A DNA stretch of 64,000 nt, taken from NCBI RefSeq assembly GCF_009914755.1, contig NC_060938.1; one strand, 5' to 3'. The notes under the pieces are model-generated. The model was not told the origin of the DNA. It did no database searches and worked only from the letters and a program-made list of their open reading frames with translations. Origin of the DNA: the human T2T-CHM13v2.0 reference genome, Homo sapiens. Made by a program: the position numbers and the translations under genes. Shown piece after piece: positions 48,349 to 63,900 of this stretch. The first letter of the stretch is position 1; every line of letters begins with the position of its first letter.

Positions 48349-48989
48349 ATTGTTGGTGGGACTGTAAACTAGTTCAACCATTGTGGAAGTCAGTGTGGCG
48401 ATTCCTCAGGGATCTAGAACTAGAAATACCATTTGACCCAGCCATCCCATTACTGGGTATATACCCAAAGGACTATAAATCATGCTGCTATAAAGACACA
48501 TGCACACGTATGTTTATTGCAGCATTATTCACAATAGCAAAGACTTGGAACCAACCCAAATGTCCAACAGTGATAGACTGGATCAAGAAAATGTGGCACA
48601 TATACACCATGGAATACTATGCAGCCATAAAAAATGATGAGTTCATGTCCTTTGTAGGGACGTGGATGAAATTGGAAATCATCATTCTCAGTAAACTATC
48701 GCAAGAACAGAAAACCAAACACCGCATATTCTCACTCATAGGTGGGAATTGAACAATGAGATCACATGGACACAGGAAGGGGAATATCACACTCTGGGGA
48801 CTGTTGTGGGGTGGGGGGAGGGGGGAGGAATAGCATCGGGATATATACTTAATGCTAGATGATGAGTTAGTGGGTGCAGTGCACCAGCATGGCACATGTA
48901 TACATATGTAACTAACCTGCACAATGAGCACATGTACCCTAAAACTTAAAGTATAATAAAAAATAAAACAAAATAAAAAAAAGAAAAAA
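48349..48989 (+). mobile_element. 5'-truncated LINE-1 (L1PA2-like), ~640 bp, inserted in HSat3
   Basis: Uninterrupted ORF2 C-terminus [13 protein letters not shown]...SLIGGN* ending 48752, complete 3'UTR, and an A-rich tail at ~48958-48989. GATGAG and CTTAAAG alleles rather than the L1HS-Ta ACA/TAG. Possible TSD AATTC at 48344-48348 / 48990-48994. Confidence 0.96.
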
Positions 48990-51900
48990 AATTCCATTCC
49001 ATTTCATTCGAATCCTTTAGACTCCATTCCATTTGACTCCATTCCATTTCATTCCATGCGAGTCCATTCCATTCCATTCTATTCCATTCTATTTTATTCG
49101 AGTCCATTCCATTCCATTCCATTCGAGACCATTACAATCCATTCTATTCCTTTTGAATCCATTCTATTCCATTCCATTCGCGTCCATTCCATTCGAGTCC
49201 ATTCCATTCCATTCGTGTCCATTAAATTCCATTACATTGCATTTGAGTCCATTCCAGTCCATTCCATTCCACTCCATTAGACTACATACCATTCCTTTCC
49301 ATTGCATTCCATTAGGGTCTATTCCATTCCATTCCATTCCATTCGAGTCAATTCCATTGCAATCCATTCGGGGCCATTCCATTGCATTCCATTCGAGTCC
49401 ATTCCATTCCATTCCATTCCATTACATTCTATTAGACTCCATTCCATTCCAGTCGAGTCAATTCTATTCCATTCCATTCTAGTCTATTCCATTGCATTCC
49501 ATTCGTGTCCATTCCATTCCATTCGAGTCCATTCCATTACATTCTATTCGAGTGCATTCCATTCCATTCTATTCCATTCCATTCCAGCCCATTCCACTAG
49601 TGTCCATTCCATTCTATTACATATTCCATTGCACTCGAGTTGACTCCATTCCATTCCATTCCATTCGAGGGCATTCCGTTCCATGCGAGTCCATTGTATT
49701 CTATTCAACTCTAGTCCCTCCATTCCATTCCATTCCATTCGAGTCCATTGCATTCCATCCGTTCCTTTCCATTTGAGTCCATTCCATTCCAGTCCATTCT
49801 ATTCCAGTCCATTCCACCCGAGTCCATTCCGTTACATTCCGTATTCCATTCCACTCGAATTGATTCCATTCCATTCATTCCATTCGAGGGCACTCCCTTC
49901 AATTCGAGTCCATTCCATTCCATTCCAGTTGAGTCCATTCTATTCGATTCCATTCCATTCCTTGCCATTCAATTCCTTTCGAGTCCATTCAATTCAATTG
50001 CATTCCATTCGAGTCCATTCAAATACATTACATAAAATTCCAATCCATTCCATTTCATTCCATTCCATTCCATTTAAGTCCATTTCATTCCATTACATTT
50101 CATTCCATTCTAGTCCATTCCAATCGGTTCATTCCACTCCATTTGAGTCCATTCAATTCCATCCTTTTTATTCGAATCCATTCCACTCCACTCCTTTCGA
50201 GTCCATTCCATTCTACTCCATTCCATTCGACTCCATTCCATTTCATTCCATTCGAGGACATTCCATTCCATTCCATTCTATTCGATTCGATTCCATTCCA
50301 TTCTATTTGAGTCCATTCCATTTCATTCGAGTCCATTCCATTCCTTTCCATTAGAGTCCATTCCAATCCATTCTATTCCTTTTGAATCCTCCATTCCATT
50401 CCATTCCATTCGAGTCCGTTCCACTCGTGTACTTTCCATTCCCTTTGTGTCCAATCAAATCCATTATATTTCATTCGAGTCCATTCCATTCCATTCCATT
50501 CGAGTCCATTCCATTCCATTCCAATTCATTCCATTCTGTCCATTCCATTCAATTCCATTCGAGTCAATTCCATTAAATTCCATTGTATCCCATTAGATTC
50601 CATTCCATTCCATTACTTTCCATTCGAGTCCATTACATTCAATTCTATTCGAGTACATTGCATGCCATTTGAGTCCATTCCATTCCATTAAATTCCAGTC
50701 GAGTCCATTCAATTCCATTCCACTCAGGTCCATTCCATTCCAATCCATTCCATTCCATTCCATTCCATTCCATTCCATTCCATTCCATCCCATCCCACTG
50801 CATTTGATTCCTTTCCGTTACGTTCTTTTCCATTCATTTCAGTTCCATTATATTCGATTCCGTTCGAGTCCATTCCATTCCATTCAATTCCAATCGATTC
50901 CATTTCATTCCATTCCATTCGAGTCCATTCCATTACGTTCCATTAGAGTCCATTCCATTCCATTCGATTCCATTCCATTCGAATCCATCCCATTCGAGCC
51001 CATTCCACTCCATTCCATTCGAGTTCGTTCCATTCCATTCCATTCCATTCTATTCCATTATATTCCACTCCATTACATTTGAGTCCATTCCATTCCATTC
51101 GAGTGCATTCTATTCAAATCCATTCTAGTCCATTAAATTCCAATGAATTCCATTCGAGTCCATTCCATTCCATTCGGGTGCATTCCATTCCATTCCATTC
51201 GAGTCCATTCCATCGCATTTCATTCCATTCCTTATGAGTCCATTAAATTACATTGCATTCAATTCAAGTCCATTCCATTCTATTCCATTAGATTCCATTC
51301 CGTTCCACTCCACTCGATTCAGGGCAATTCCATGCCATTCCAATCCATTCCATTCCATTGCATTCGAGTCCATTCCATTCCATTCCAATCCATTCGAGAC
51401 CAATAAATTCCATTCCATTCCATTCCATTCCATTCCATTCCATTCTTTTCGAGTCCATTCTAATCCATTCAAGTCAATTCCATTTCATTCCATTCCATTC
51501 CATTCCATTCCAAACTGTTCTATGCCATGCCATTCCATTTGACTGCATTCCATTCCATTCCATTCGAGTCCATTCCAATTCATTCCATTACATTAGTTTC
51601 CATTCCATTCTATTGAATTTGTGTCCTTTCCCTCCCATTGCATTCGAGTCCATTCCATTCCATTCCATTTCTTTCCATTCCATTCCATTCCATTTCATTC
51701 CATTGGAGACCATTCCATTCCATTCGAGTCCATTCCATACTTTTCCATTTCATTCGAATCCATTGTATTCCATTCCATTCTGTTCGAGTCCATTCCTTTC
51801 CATTCCATTCCATTCCTTTCGACTCCATTCCATTCCATTACCTTCCATTCCATTAGAGTTCATTCCACTCCAATCCATTCCATTCGAGTCCATTCCATTC

Positions 51901-54900
51901 TTTTCATTCCATTCCATTCCATTTGAGTGCATTCCATTTCACTGGAGTCCATTCCATTCCATTCTATTCCATTCGATACCTTTCCTTTCCATTCGAGTCC
52001 ATTCCATTCCATTCAGTTCGAGTCCATTACTTTCTATTACATTACATTGCATTACATTTGAGTGTATTCCTTTCCATTACATTCCATTCCATCTGTGTTC
52101 ATTCCATTCCATTCCATTCAAGTTCATTCCATTCCATTCAATTTCATTCCATTCCATTCCACTTTATTCAACTTCCCCCCATTCCATTCCATTCCATTCG
52201 TCTCCATTTCATTGCATTCCATTCCATTCGAATCCATTCCATTCCATTCAATTCCATGCGAGTCTATTCAATTCCGTTGCATTTCATTCCATTCAATTAG
52301 GCTCCATTCCTTTCCATTTCATTCCATTCGCGTCCATTACATTCCATTCCTATGGAGTCCATTACTTTCCATTCTATTCAGGTCCATTCCATTCCATTCC
52401 AATCCATTCCATTGCATTCGAGTGCATTCCATTCCATTCCATTGCATTTGAGTCCATTCAATTCCATTTCATTCATATCCGTTCCATTACATTCCATTCT
52501 TTTTGAGTCCATTCCATTCCATTCAATTTCATTCGAGTCTATTCCATTACATTCCATTGGAGTCCAATCCATTCCTTTCCATTCCTTTCGATTCCATTCC
52601 ATTCCATTCGAGTCCATTCCATTCCAATCCATTCCAGTCCATTTGATTGCATTCCATTCCATTTTTTCGAGTGCGTTCAATTCCATTCCATTCCATTCGA
52701 ATACTTTCTTTTCCATTCCATTCAAGAACTTTCCATTGCATGCCATTCCATTCAAGTCCATCCCATTCCATTCCATTCAAGTCCATCCCATTCAATTTTA
52801 TCCATTCGAGTCCATTCCATTCCACTCCATTCCTTTGGAGTCCATTCCATTCCATTCTACTGCATTCCATTCCAATCCATTCGAGTCAATTCCGTCGTAT
52901 TCCATTCCTTTCCTTTTGAGTCCATTCAATTCCATTCCAATCCATTTGAGTCCACTTTATTCCATTCCAGTCCATTCAAGTCCATTCCTTTTCATTCCAT
53001 TCCATTCAAGTCCATTAAATTCCATTCCATTCCATTCCATTCGAGTCCATTAAATTGCACTCCATTCCATTTGAGTCAATTCCATTGCATTTGACTAAAT
53101 TCCATTCATTCCCTTTGAGTTCATTCCATTCCATTCCATTCGAGACCATTCTATTCCATTCCATTCGAGTCCATTGCATTATACTCCATTTGATTCAAGT
53201 CCATTCAATTCTATTCCATTCCAGTCGAATGCATTCCACTCCATTCCATTCGAGTCCATTCCCTTCCATTGTATTCAAGTCATTCCATTCCATCCTATTC
53301 AGGTCCATTCCATTCCATTCCATTCCATTTAATCCCATTCCATTCCACTGCATTCCAGAACATTCCATTCCATTCCATTGCATTCCAATAAATTCCTTTC
53401 CATTCCTTTCCATTCCATTGCATTCGAGTCCATGCCATTCCTTTCCATTCATGTCCATTCCATTCCGTTCTGCTCAAGTCCATTCCATTCCATTCAATTC
53501 CAATCGAGTCCATTCCATTCGAGTCCGTTCCATTCCATTCAATTCCTTTCTAGTCCATTCCATTCCATTTGAGTCCATTCCATTCCAATGCATTCCAGTC
53601 CACTGCATTGCATTCCATTCCATTCTTTCGAGACCATTCAAATCCATTCCATTCAATTCAGGTCCTCTCCATTCCATTTCATTCAAGGTCTTTCCATTGC
53701 ATATCATTCCATTCGAGTACATTATATTATATTCCATTCGAGTCCATACCATCCCATTCCATTCCATTCAGGTCCGTTCCATTCGAGTTCATTCCCTTCG
53801 AATCCATTCCATTCACTTCGATTGCATTCCATTCCATTTCATTCGAGTCCTTTCCATCGTATCTCATTCCTTTCCTTTCGGGTCCATTCAATTCCATTCC
53901 AAACCATTCGAGTCATTTCCATTCCATTCCAATACATTCGAGTCCATTCCATTCCATACGAATCCATTAATTTGCATTCCACTCCATTCGTGTCCATTCC
54001 ATTCAATTCAATTCGAGTCCATTCCATTCCATTCCATTCAAGTCCATTCCATTCAATTCCATTCTTTTCCATTCAAGTCCATTCCATTTCATTCCATTCC
54101 ATTCGAGTTCATTCCATTGCATTTGAGTAATTTCCGTTCCATTTGAGTCCATTCCATTCCGTTCGAGTCCATTCTTTTCCATTCCATTATGTTCTACTCA
54201 TTTCCATGCCATTCCGTTCCAGTCGAGTCCATTTCATTCCTTTCCATTCTATTCAATTCCGTTCCATACCGTTCGAGTCCATTCCACTCCACTCCCCTCG
54301 AGTCCATTGGATTCCATTCCATTCCACCTGAGTCCATTCCATTCCACCTGTGTGCAGTCCATTCCATTCCATTCGAGTCCAGTCCATTCCATTCGAGTCC
54401 ATTCCATTTAATTCCATTTGATTCCATTCCATTCCATTCCATTCCATTCCATTCCATTCCATTCCATTCCATTCCATTATATTTCTTTCAAGTAAATTCA
54501 ATTCAATTGTATTCCGTTTGAGGCCATTCCATTCCATTCCGTTGAGTCCATTCCTTTCCATTCCATTAACTTCGAGTTCATTCCATTCCATTCCATTCCA
54601 TTCAATTTGAATCCATTCAATTTCATTCCATTCCATTCCATTCGTGTCCATTCTATTCCATTCCATTCCACTCGAGTTCATTCCATTCCAATCCTTTCGA
54701 GTCCAATCCATTCCATTCCATTCCATTCCATTCTTTTCAAGTCCATGCCACTCCATTTCTTTCGAGTCCATTCCATTCCACTCCATTCCATTTGAGTCCA
54801 TTGCATTCTATTCCATTCGAGTCCATACATTTCCATTCCATTTCGGTCCATTCCCTTCCATTCTATTCCATTCCAGTCCATTCCATTCAATTGCATTGCA

Positions 54901-57900
54901 TTCCTGTCCAATCTATTCCATTTGGGTCCATTCCATTCCATTCCATTCGAGTCCATTGCATTCCATTATATTCCATTTGATTCCTTTCCATTCAAGTGCA
55001 TTCCTTTCCAAACCATTCAATTCGAATCCATTCCATTCCATTCCTTTCAATTCCGTTCCATTCGAGTCCATATCTTTCCATTCCATACTATTCGAGTCCA
55101 TTCCATTCCATTCCATTCCATACGGGTCCATACCCTTCAATTCCATTCGAGTGAATTCGATTCCATTTCATTTGATTCTATTCCATTGAATTCAATTCCA
55201 TCACATTCGAGACCATTCAATTCCGTTACATTCCTTTCGAGCCCATTCCATTCCATTCCATTCGAGTTTATTCCATTGCATTTCATTCCCTTCGAGTATA
55301 TTCCTTTACATTCCATTCGAGTCCATTCCATTCTATTCAACTGGTCTCCATTCCATTAGAATCCATTTCATTAAATTCCATTCCATTCATTCGAGTCCAT
55401 TCCCCTCCATTTCAGTCCACTCAATTCCATTCCATTTCAGTCCATTCCATTCCTTTGTATTCCATTCGAATCCATTCCTTTCCATTCCAGTCCATTCCAT
55501 TCCATTCCAGTCCATTGCATTCCATTCCATTCCAGTCTTTTCCATTCCATTCGGGTCCATTGCATTCCTTTCAATTTGAGTCCATTTAATTGCATTCCAT
55601 TCCATTCGATTCGAGCCCAATCCATTCCATTCCATTCCTTTCAGGTTCATTCCTTTCCATTCCATTCCATTCGAGTTCATTCCGTTCCGTTACATTCCAT
55701 TCCTTTCGAGTCCATTCCATTCCATTCCATTCCATTCAAGTGCAGTCCAATCCATTCTGTTCGACTCCATTCCATTCCATTCAAGTCCATTCCTCTCCAT
55801 TGCATTCGAGTCAATTGCATTACATGCTATTCTATTCCAGTCCATTCCATTCCATTCCTTTCCATTCCATTCCATTAGAGTCCATTCCATTCCATTCCAT
55901 TCAACTCCATTGCGTTGCATTCCAATCCAATTTGGTCCATTCCTTTCCATTCCATTACATTCGAGTCCATTATTTTCCATAACATTCCATTCCATTTGGG
56001 TGCATTCCATGGCATTCAATTCAAGTCCAGTATATTCCACTCCATTCCATTCAAGTCCATTCCATTCCATTCCATTCCACTCCATTCCATTCGAATCCAT
56101 TCCATTCCATTCCATTTGAACACATTTCGTTCATTTTCATTCCATTCCATTCGAGTTCATTCCACTCTGTTACAACAAATTCCATCCTAGTCCATTCAAT
56201 ACAATTCCATCCCATATGGGTCCATTCCACTCCATTCCGTTCGAGCTAATTCCATTCTATTTGAGTCCATTCCATTCCATTGTATTCGAATCCATTCCGT
56301 TCCATGCTATTACATTTGAGTCCATTCCATTCCATTCCATTCGAGTCCATTCCATTCAAACCCATTCCAATCCAGTCCATTCTGTTCCATTTCATTCTTT
56401 TCCATTCCATTCCATTCCATTCCATTCCATTCCATTCCATTCCATTCCATTTGAGGCAAATCCATTCCATTGGATTCAATTCGAGTCCATTCCATTCCAT
56501 TTCATTCCATTCGGGTCCATTCCCTTCAAGTCCTTTTGAGTCATTTCCATTCCATTCCTTTGAGTCCATTCCATTGCATTCCATTCCATTCGAATCCATT
56601 CCATTCCATTCCATTGGATTCCATTCCATTGTATTCCATCCGACTCCTTTGGAGTCCATCCAATTACATTCCATTCCATTCGAGTCCATTCTATTGTATT
56701 CCATTGGTGTCCATTCCATTCCATTCCATTCCATTCCATTCCATTCCATTCGAGTGTTTTCCATTCTATTCCATTCAAGTCCATTCCATTCCACACCATT
56801 AGTGTCCTTTCCATTAAAATTCCATTGTATTCCATTCCAGTTCATTGCATTCCTTTCCATTCCTTTCGTGTCCATTTCATTCCATTCTATTCGATTCCAT
56901 TGCATTCCATTCGAGTCCATTCTGTTCCATTCCATTCTATTCCATTCGAGACCATTCCATTGCATTCCACTGGATTGCATTCCTTTAAATTCCAATTTAT
57001 TCTATTTGAGTCCATTCCATTCAATTCCTGGACTTCCCATTCCATTGGAGTCCATTCCATTCCATTCCTTTTTAATTCATTCCATTCCATCCTATTCTAT
57101 TCCATTCATGTCCAATCAAATCCATAACATTCCCTTCCATTGCATTCCATTGCATTCCATTCCATTCCATTCCATTCCATTCCATTCCATTCCATTCCAG
57201 TCGGTTCCATTCCCTTTCTTTCCATTCGAATGCAATCCATCCCATTCTACCCTATTCGGGTCCACTCCATTTCATTCAATTCGAGCCCATTCCTTTCTGT
57301 TCCATTACATTCCATTCGGGGCCATTCCACTCCATTCCATAGGAGTCCATTCCATAACATTACATTCCGTTTGATTCAAGTTCACTAAATTCCTTTCCAT
57401 TTCAATCGAGTCCATTCCATTGCCTTCCATTCTATTCGAGTCCATTCGTTTCTATTCCATTCGAGTCAATTCCATTCCATTCCATTCGAATGCATTCCAT
57501 TCCATTCCATTCCACTCCATTCCTATCCATTGGGTCCATTCCTTTCCATTCCATTCCATTCGAGTCCTTTTCTTTCCTTTACATTCCATTCGAGTCCATT
57601 CCATTTAATTCCTTTCGAGTACTTTCAATTAAATTCCATTCCATTCAAGTCCATGCCACTCCATTCCATACGAGTCCATTCCATTCTACTCCATTCCATT
57701 CGTGTCCATTGCATTCTATTCCATTTGTTTGCATTCTTTTCCATTCCATTCGAGTCCATTCCATTCCATTATATTCCATTCGACTCCATTCCATTCAATT
57801 TCATTCCACTCCAGTCCAATCTATTCCATTCGAATCCATTCCATTCCATTGTATTCCATTTGAGTCATTCCATTCCATTTCATTCGTGTCTATTCCATTC

Positions 57901-60900
57901 CAAACCATTCCATTCGAATCCATTCCATTCCATTCCATTCCAGTCCATTCCATTCAACTCCATTCCATTCGAATCCATTCCATTCCATTCCATTCAAGTC
58001 CATTCCATTGAACTCCATTCAATTCGAGTCCATACATTTCCATTCCATTCTACTCGAGTACATTCCACTCCATTCCATTCCATTCGTGACCATACCATTC
58101 AATTCCATTCGAGTGAAATCCATTCCATTCCATTCGATTCCATTCCTTTGCATTCCATTCTATCCCTTTTGAGACCATTCATTTCCATTCCATTCCATTA
58201 GAGCCCAGTCCTTTCCATTCCATTTGAGTCCATTCCATTGCATTCCTTTCCATTCAAGTATATTCCATTCTATTCCATTCAATTCAATTCCATTCCATTC
58301 CTTTGGACTCCATTCCATTAGAATCCATTCCATTAAATTCTGTTCCATTCCATTCGAGTCCATTCCATTCCATTTTAGTCCATTCAATTCCATTCCATTT
58401 GAGTCCATTCCATTCCATTCCATTCCATTCCATTCCATTCCATTCTATTCTATTCAAATCCATTCCAGTCATTTCCATTCCATTCCATTCCATTCCATTC
58501 CAGTCCATTCCATTCCATTCGGGTCCAGTCCATTCCATTCCATTCGAGTCTTTTCTATTCCTTTCGAGTCCATTGCATTCCAATCCATTTGAGTCCATTC
58601 CATTCCATTCGAGTCCATTCCTTTCCATTCCTTTCCATTCCATTCAAGTCCATTCCATTCCTTTTGGGTCCATTCCGTTCCATTCCATTCCATTCCAGTC
58701 CATTCCACTGGAGTCCATTCCATTCCATTCCATTCCATTCCATTCCATTCCATTCCATTCCATTCCATTGCATTCCATTCCATTCCATTCCATTGCATTC
58801 CATTCCATTCCATTGCATTCCATTCCATTCCATTCCATTCCATTGCATTCCATTCCATTCCATTCCATTCCATTGCATTCCATTCCATTCCATTCCATTC
58901 CATTCCATTGCATTCCATTCCATTCCATTCATTTCTGGTCCATTCCATTTCATTCCAGTCGAGTCCATTCCATTCTAAGCCATTCTTCTTGAGTCTCTTC
59001 CATTCCATTTCATTTGACTCCATTCCATTCCATGCTATTCCATTTCAGTCCATTCCATTCCATTCCACTCGGGTCCATTCCATTCCATTCCATTAGAGTC
59101 CATTGCATTCCATTGCACTCCATTTTGGTCCATTCCATTCTTTCCGTTCCATTCGAGTCCTTTATTTTCCATAACATTCCATTCCATTCACGTGCATTAC
59201 ATGCCATTCCATTAGAGTCCAGTCCATTCCACTCAATTGCATTCGAGTCCGTTCCATTCCATTCAAGTTCATTCTATTCCATTCCATTCGAGACCACTGC
59301 ATTCCATAACATTCCATTCCATTACTTTTGGGTCCATTCAATTCAACTGCATTCCATTCGTGTCCATTCCACTGCATTCCATTCCATTCCATTCCATTCC
59401 ATTCCATTCCATTCCATTCCATTCTATTCCAACCCATTCAATTCCACTCCATTCCTTTAGAGTCCATTCCTTTCCATTGGAGCACATTTCATTCCTTTAC
59501 GTTACATTCCATTCGAGTTCATTCCATTCCATAACATTTAATTCCATTCAAGTCCATTGAGGGCCATTACATTCCATATGAGTCCATTCCACTCCATTCC
59601 GTTCGAGTCCATTCCATTCCTTTCGAGTCCATTCCATTCCATTGTATTTGAGTCCATTCCATTCCATGGTATTCTGTTTGAGTCCATTCTGTTCCATTCC
59701 ATTCCATACAAACCCATTCCACTCCAGTCCATTCTATTCCATTCCATTCTTTTCCATTCCATTCCATTAGAGCCCAATCCATTCCATTGCATTGAATTCC
59801 AGTCCATTCCATTCCATTCGGGTCCATTCCCTTCAAACCCATTCGAATCAATTCCATTCCATTCCTTCGAGTCCATTCCATTGCAATCCTTTCCATTCGA
59901 GTCCATTCCATTCCATTCCACTGGATTGCATTCCATTGTATTACATCCGAATCCTTTCGAGTCCATTCAATTCCATTCCATTCAATTCGAGTCCATTCCA
60001 TTCTATTCCATTTGAGTCCGTTCCATTCCATTCCATTCCATTCCATTGGATTGCATTCCATTGTATTACAGCCGAATCCTTTCGAGTCCATTCAATTCCA
60101 TTCCATTCCATTCGAGTCCATTCCATTCTATTCCATTCAAGTCTGTTCCATTACATTCCATTCCATTCGAGTCTATTCCATTCAATTCCATTCCATTCCA
60201 TTCCATTAGTTTCCTTTCCATTAAAATTCCATTGTATTCCATTCCAGTTAATTCCATTCCATTTCATTCCATTCGTGTGCATTTCATACCATTAGAGTCC
60301 ATTCCATTCCATTCAATTTGAGTCCATTCCATTCCATTCTATTCCATTCGAGATCATTCCATTGCAGTCCATTGGAGTCCATTACTTTAAGTTCCATTCT
60401 GTTACATTCGAGTCCGTTCCATTCCATTCCATTCAATTCCTGGCCTTTCCATTCCGTTGGAGTCTATTCCATTCCATTCCTTTTGAAGTGATTCCATTCC
60501 ATCCCATTCTATTCTATTATTGTCCATTCCAATCCATATCATTTCATTGCATTGCATTCCATTGCATTCCATACCATTCCATTCGTGTCCATTCCCTTTT
60601 ATTCCATTCGAGTGCATTCCATTCCATTCCACGCCATTCGGCTCCACTTCATTCCATTCCATTCGAGTCCATGCCTTTCCATTCCATTCCATTCCATTCA
60701 GGTCCATTTCTTTCCATTACATACGAGTACATTCCATAACATTACATACCATTCGATTCGAGTACATTAAATTCCTTTCCATTCCATTCTAGTCCACTCC
60801 ACTCCATTGCATTCGAGTCCATTCGATTTCATTCCTTTCTATTCGAGTCCATTCATTCTATTCCATTCTAGTCCATTCCTTTCCATTCCATTCTATTCCA

Positions 60901-63900
60901 TTCAGGTCCATGGCATTCCATTACATACGAGTCCATTCCATAACATTATATTCCATTCGATTCAAGTACATTAAATTCCTTTCCATTCCTTTCGCGTCCA
61001 CTCCACTGCATTGCATTCAAGTCCCTTCCATTTCATTCCTTTCTATTCGTGTCCATTACTTTCTATTCCATTCGATTCAATTCCATTTCATTCCATTCGA
61101 TTGCATTCCATTCCACTCTATTCTTCTCCATCGAGTCCATTCCTTTCCATTATATTACATTGGAGCCCTTTTCATTCTGTTACATTCCATTCAAGTCCCT
61201 CCATTCCATTCCTTTTGAGTCCATTCAATTAAATTCCATTCCATTCAGTCCATGCCACTCTATTCCATACGAGTCCATTCCATTCCACTGCATTCCATTC
61301 GTGTCCACTGCATGCTATTCCATTTGAGTCCACGCATTTCCATTCCATTCGAGTCCATTCCATTTCATTATATTCCCTTCAAGTCCATTCCTTTCAATTG
61401 CATTCCATTCGAGTCCAATCCATTCCATTATAGTCCATTCCATCCATTCCATTCTATTCCATTTGGGTCCATTCCATTCCATTTCATTCGTGTCTATTCC
61501 AAACCAATACATTCCATTTGAATCCATTCCATTCCATTCCCTTCCATTCCATTCCATTTGAGTCCATTCCATTCAATTCCATTCCTTTCGAGTCCATACC
61601 TTTTCATTCCATACTACTCGAGTACATTCCATTCCATTCCATTCCATTTGGGTCCACACCCTTCAATTCTATTCGAGTCAAATCCATTCCATTCCATTCG
61701 ATTCCACTCCATTGCATTCCATTCCATCCCTTTCGAGACCATTCAATTCCATTCCATTCCATTCGAGACCATTCCATTCCATTCCATTTGAGTGCATTCC
61801 ATTGCATTCCAGTCCAGTCGAGTACATTCCATTCTATTCCATTCGATTCCATTCCTTTCCATTCCATTCCATTGGACTCCATTCCATTAGAATCCATTTC
61901 ATTAAACTCCATTCCATTCCATTTGAGTCCATTCCATTCCATACGAGTACATTCAATTCCATTCCATTTGAGTCCATTCCATTCCATTCCATTCTGTTCC
62001 ATTCAAGTCCATTCCATTCCATTACAGTCCATTCCATTTCATTCGGGTCCTGTCTGTTCCATTCCATTCGAGTCTTTTCCATTCCATTCACTTCCATTGC
62101 CTTCCATTCCATTTGAGTCCATTCCATTCCATTTGAGTCCATTCCATTCCATTCCATTTTAGTCTATTCCATTGCATTCATTTCCATTCCATTTTAGTCT
62201 ATTCCATTCCATTCCTTTCCATTCCATTCAATTCCATTCCATTCCTTTCAAGTCCATTCCATTCCATTCCATTCGAGTCCATCCCTTTCCAGCCCATTCC
62301 ACTCGAGTCCATTACATTCCGTTTCATATTCCATTGCACTCCAGTTGATTCCATTCCATTCCATTCCATTCGACGGCATTCCTTTCCATTCGAGTCCATT
62401 CCATTCCATTCAAATCCATTCCATTCCATTCCAGTTCATTCTATTCTATTACAGTCCACTCCATTCCATTCCATTAGGTTCCAGTGCATTCCATTCCATT
62501 CGAGTCTTTTCCACTCCATTTGAATCCATTGCATTTCATTCGATATGAGTCCAATCCATTCCATTCCATTCGAGTACATTCAATTCCATTCCATTCCATT
62601 CCATTCGAGTCCAGTCCATTCCATTCCATTCCTTTCGGGTCCATTCCATTCGAGTCCATTCCTTTCCAGTCCATTCCACTCGAGTCCATTCCTTTCCATT
62701 CCATATTCCATTCCACTCTACTCCATTCCATATTCCATTCCACTCGAGTTGATTCCATTCCATTCCACTCCCTTCAAGGGGATTCCTTCCAATTGGAGTC
62801 CATTCCATTCCATTCCATTCGAGTACATTCCATTCCAATCCTTTTGAATCCATTCAATTCAATTGAATTCCCTTCAAATCCGTTCGAATTCATTCCTTTA
62901 CATTCCATTCTATTCGAGTCCATTTCATTCCATTCCATTCCATTCCATTCCATTCAGGTCCACTTCATTCCATTACATTCCTTTCCATTCGAGTCCATTC
63001 AATTCCATTCCATTCCATAAGAATCCATTCCATTCCATTCCATTCGACTCCATTCCATTCCATTCCATTAGAGTCCGTTCTGTTCTATTCCATTTGAGAC
63101 CACTGCATTTCATTGCATTCCATTCCATTCCAGTCCATTCCTTTCGGGTCAGCTCAATTCAACTGCATTCCATTTCTGTCCATTCCATTGCATTCCATTC
63201 CATTCCAATCCATCCCATTCCATTCCGTTCCACTCCATACCTTTCGAGTCCATTCCATTCCATTCCATTCGAGTACATTTCATTCAATTACATTCCATTC
63301 CATTGGAGTTCATTCCACTCCATTACATTAAATTCCATTCAAGTCCATTCAATGCCATTCCATTTCATATGAGTCCATTCTACTCCATTCCGTTCAAGCC
63401 AATTCCATTCCATTCGATTCCATTCCATTCCATTTTATTCAAGTCCATTCCATTCCGTGCTATTCCATTTGAGTCCACTCCATACCATTCCATTCGAGTC
63501 CATTCCATTCAAACCCATTCCAATCAAGCCCATTCTATTCCATTCCATTATTTTCCATTCCATTCCATTCCATTCCATTTGAGCCCAATCCATTCCATTG
63601 CATTCAATTCAACTCCATTCCATTCGGGTCCATTCCCTTCAATTCCATTCGAGTCAAATCCATTCCATTCCTTCGAGTCCATTCCATTGCATTCCATTCC
63701 ATTCGAGTCCATTCCATTCCATTCTGTTGGATTCCATTCCATTGTATTCCATCCAACTCCTTTCGAGTCCATTCCATTCCATTCCATTCGAGTCTATTCC
63801 ATTCAAGTCCATTCCATTCCATTCTATTAGTGTCCATTCCATTAAAATTCCATTTTATTGCATTTGAGTTCATTGCATTCCAATCCATTCCATTCGTGTC

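Noticed and set aside
48102-48752. 216-aa ORF fusing satellite sequence to the L1 ORF2 C-terminus
   Set aside because: The in-frame fusion is incidental, the start is a TTG within satellite, and the L1 part lacks the EN and RT domains.
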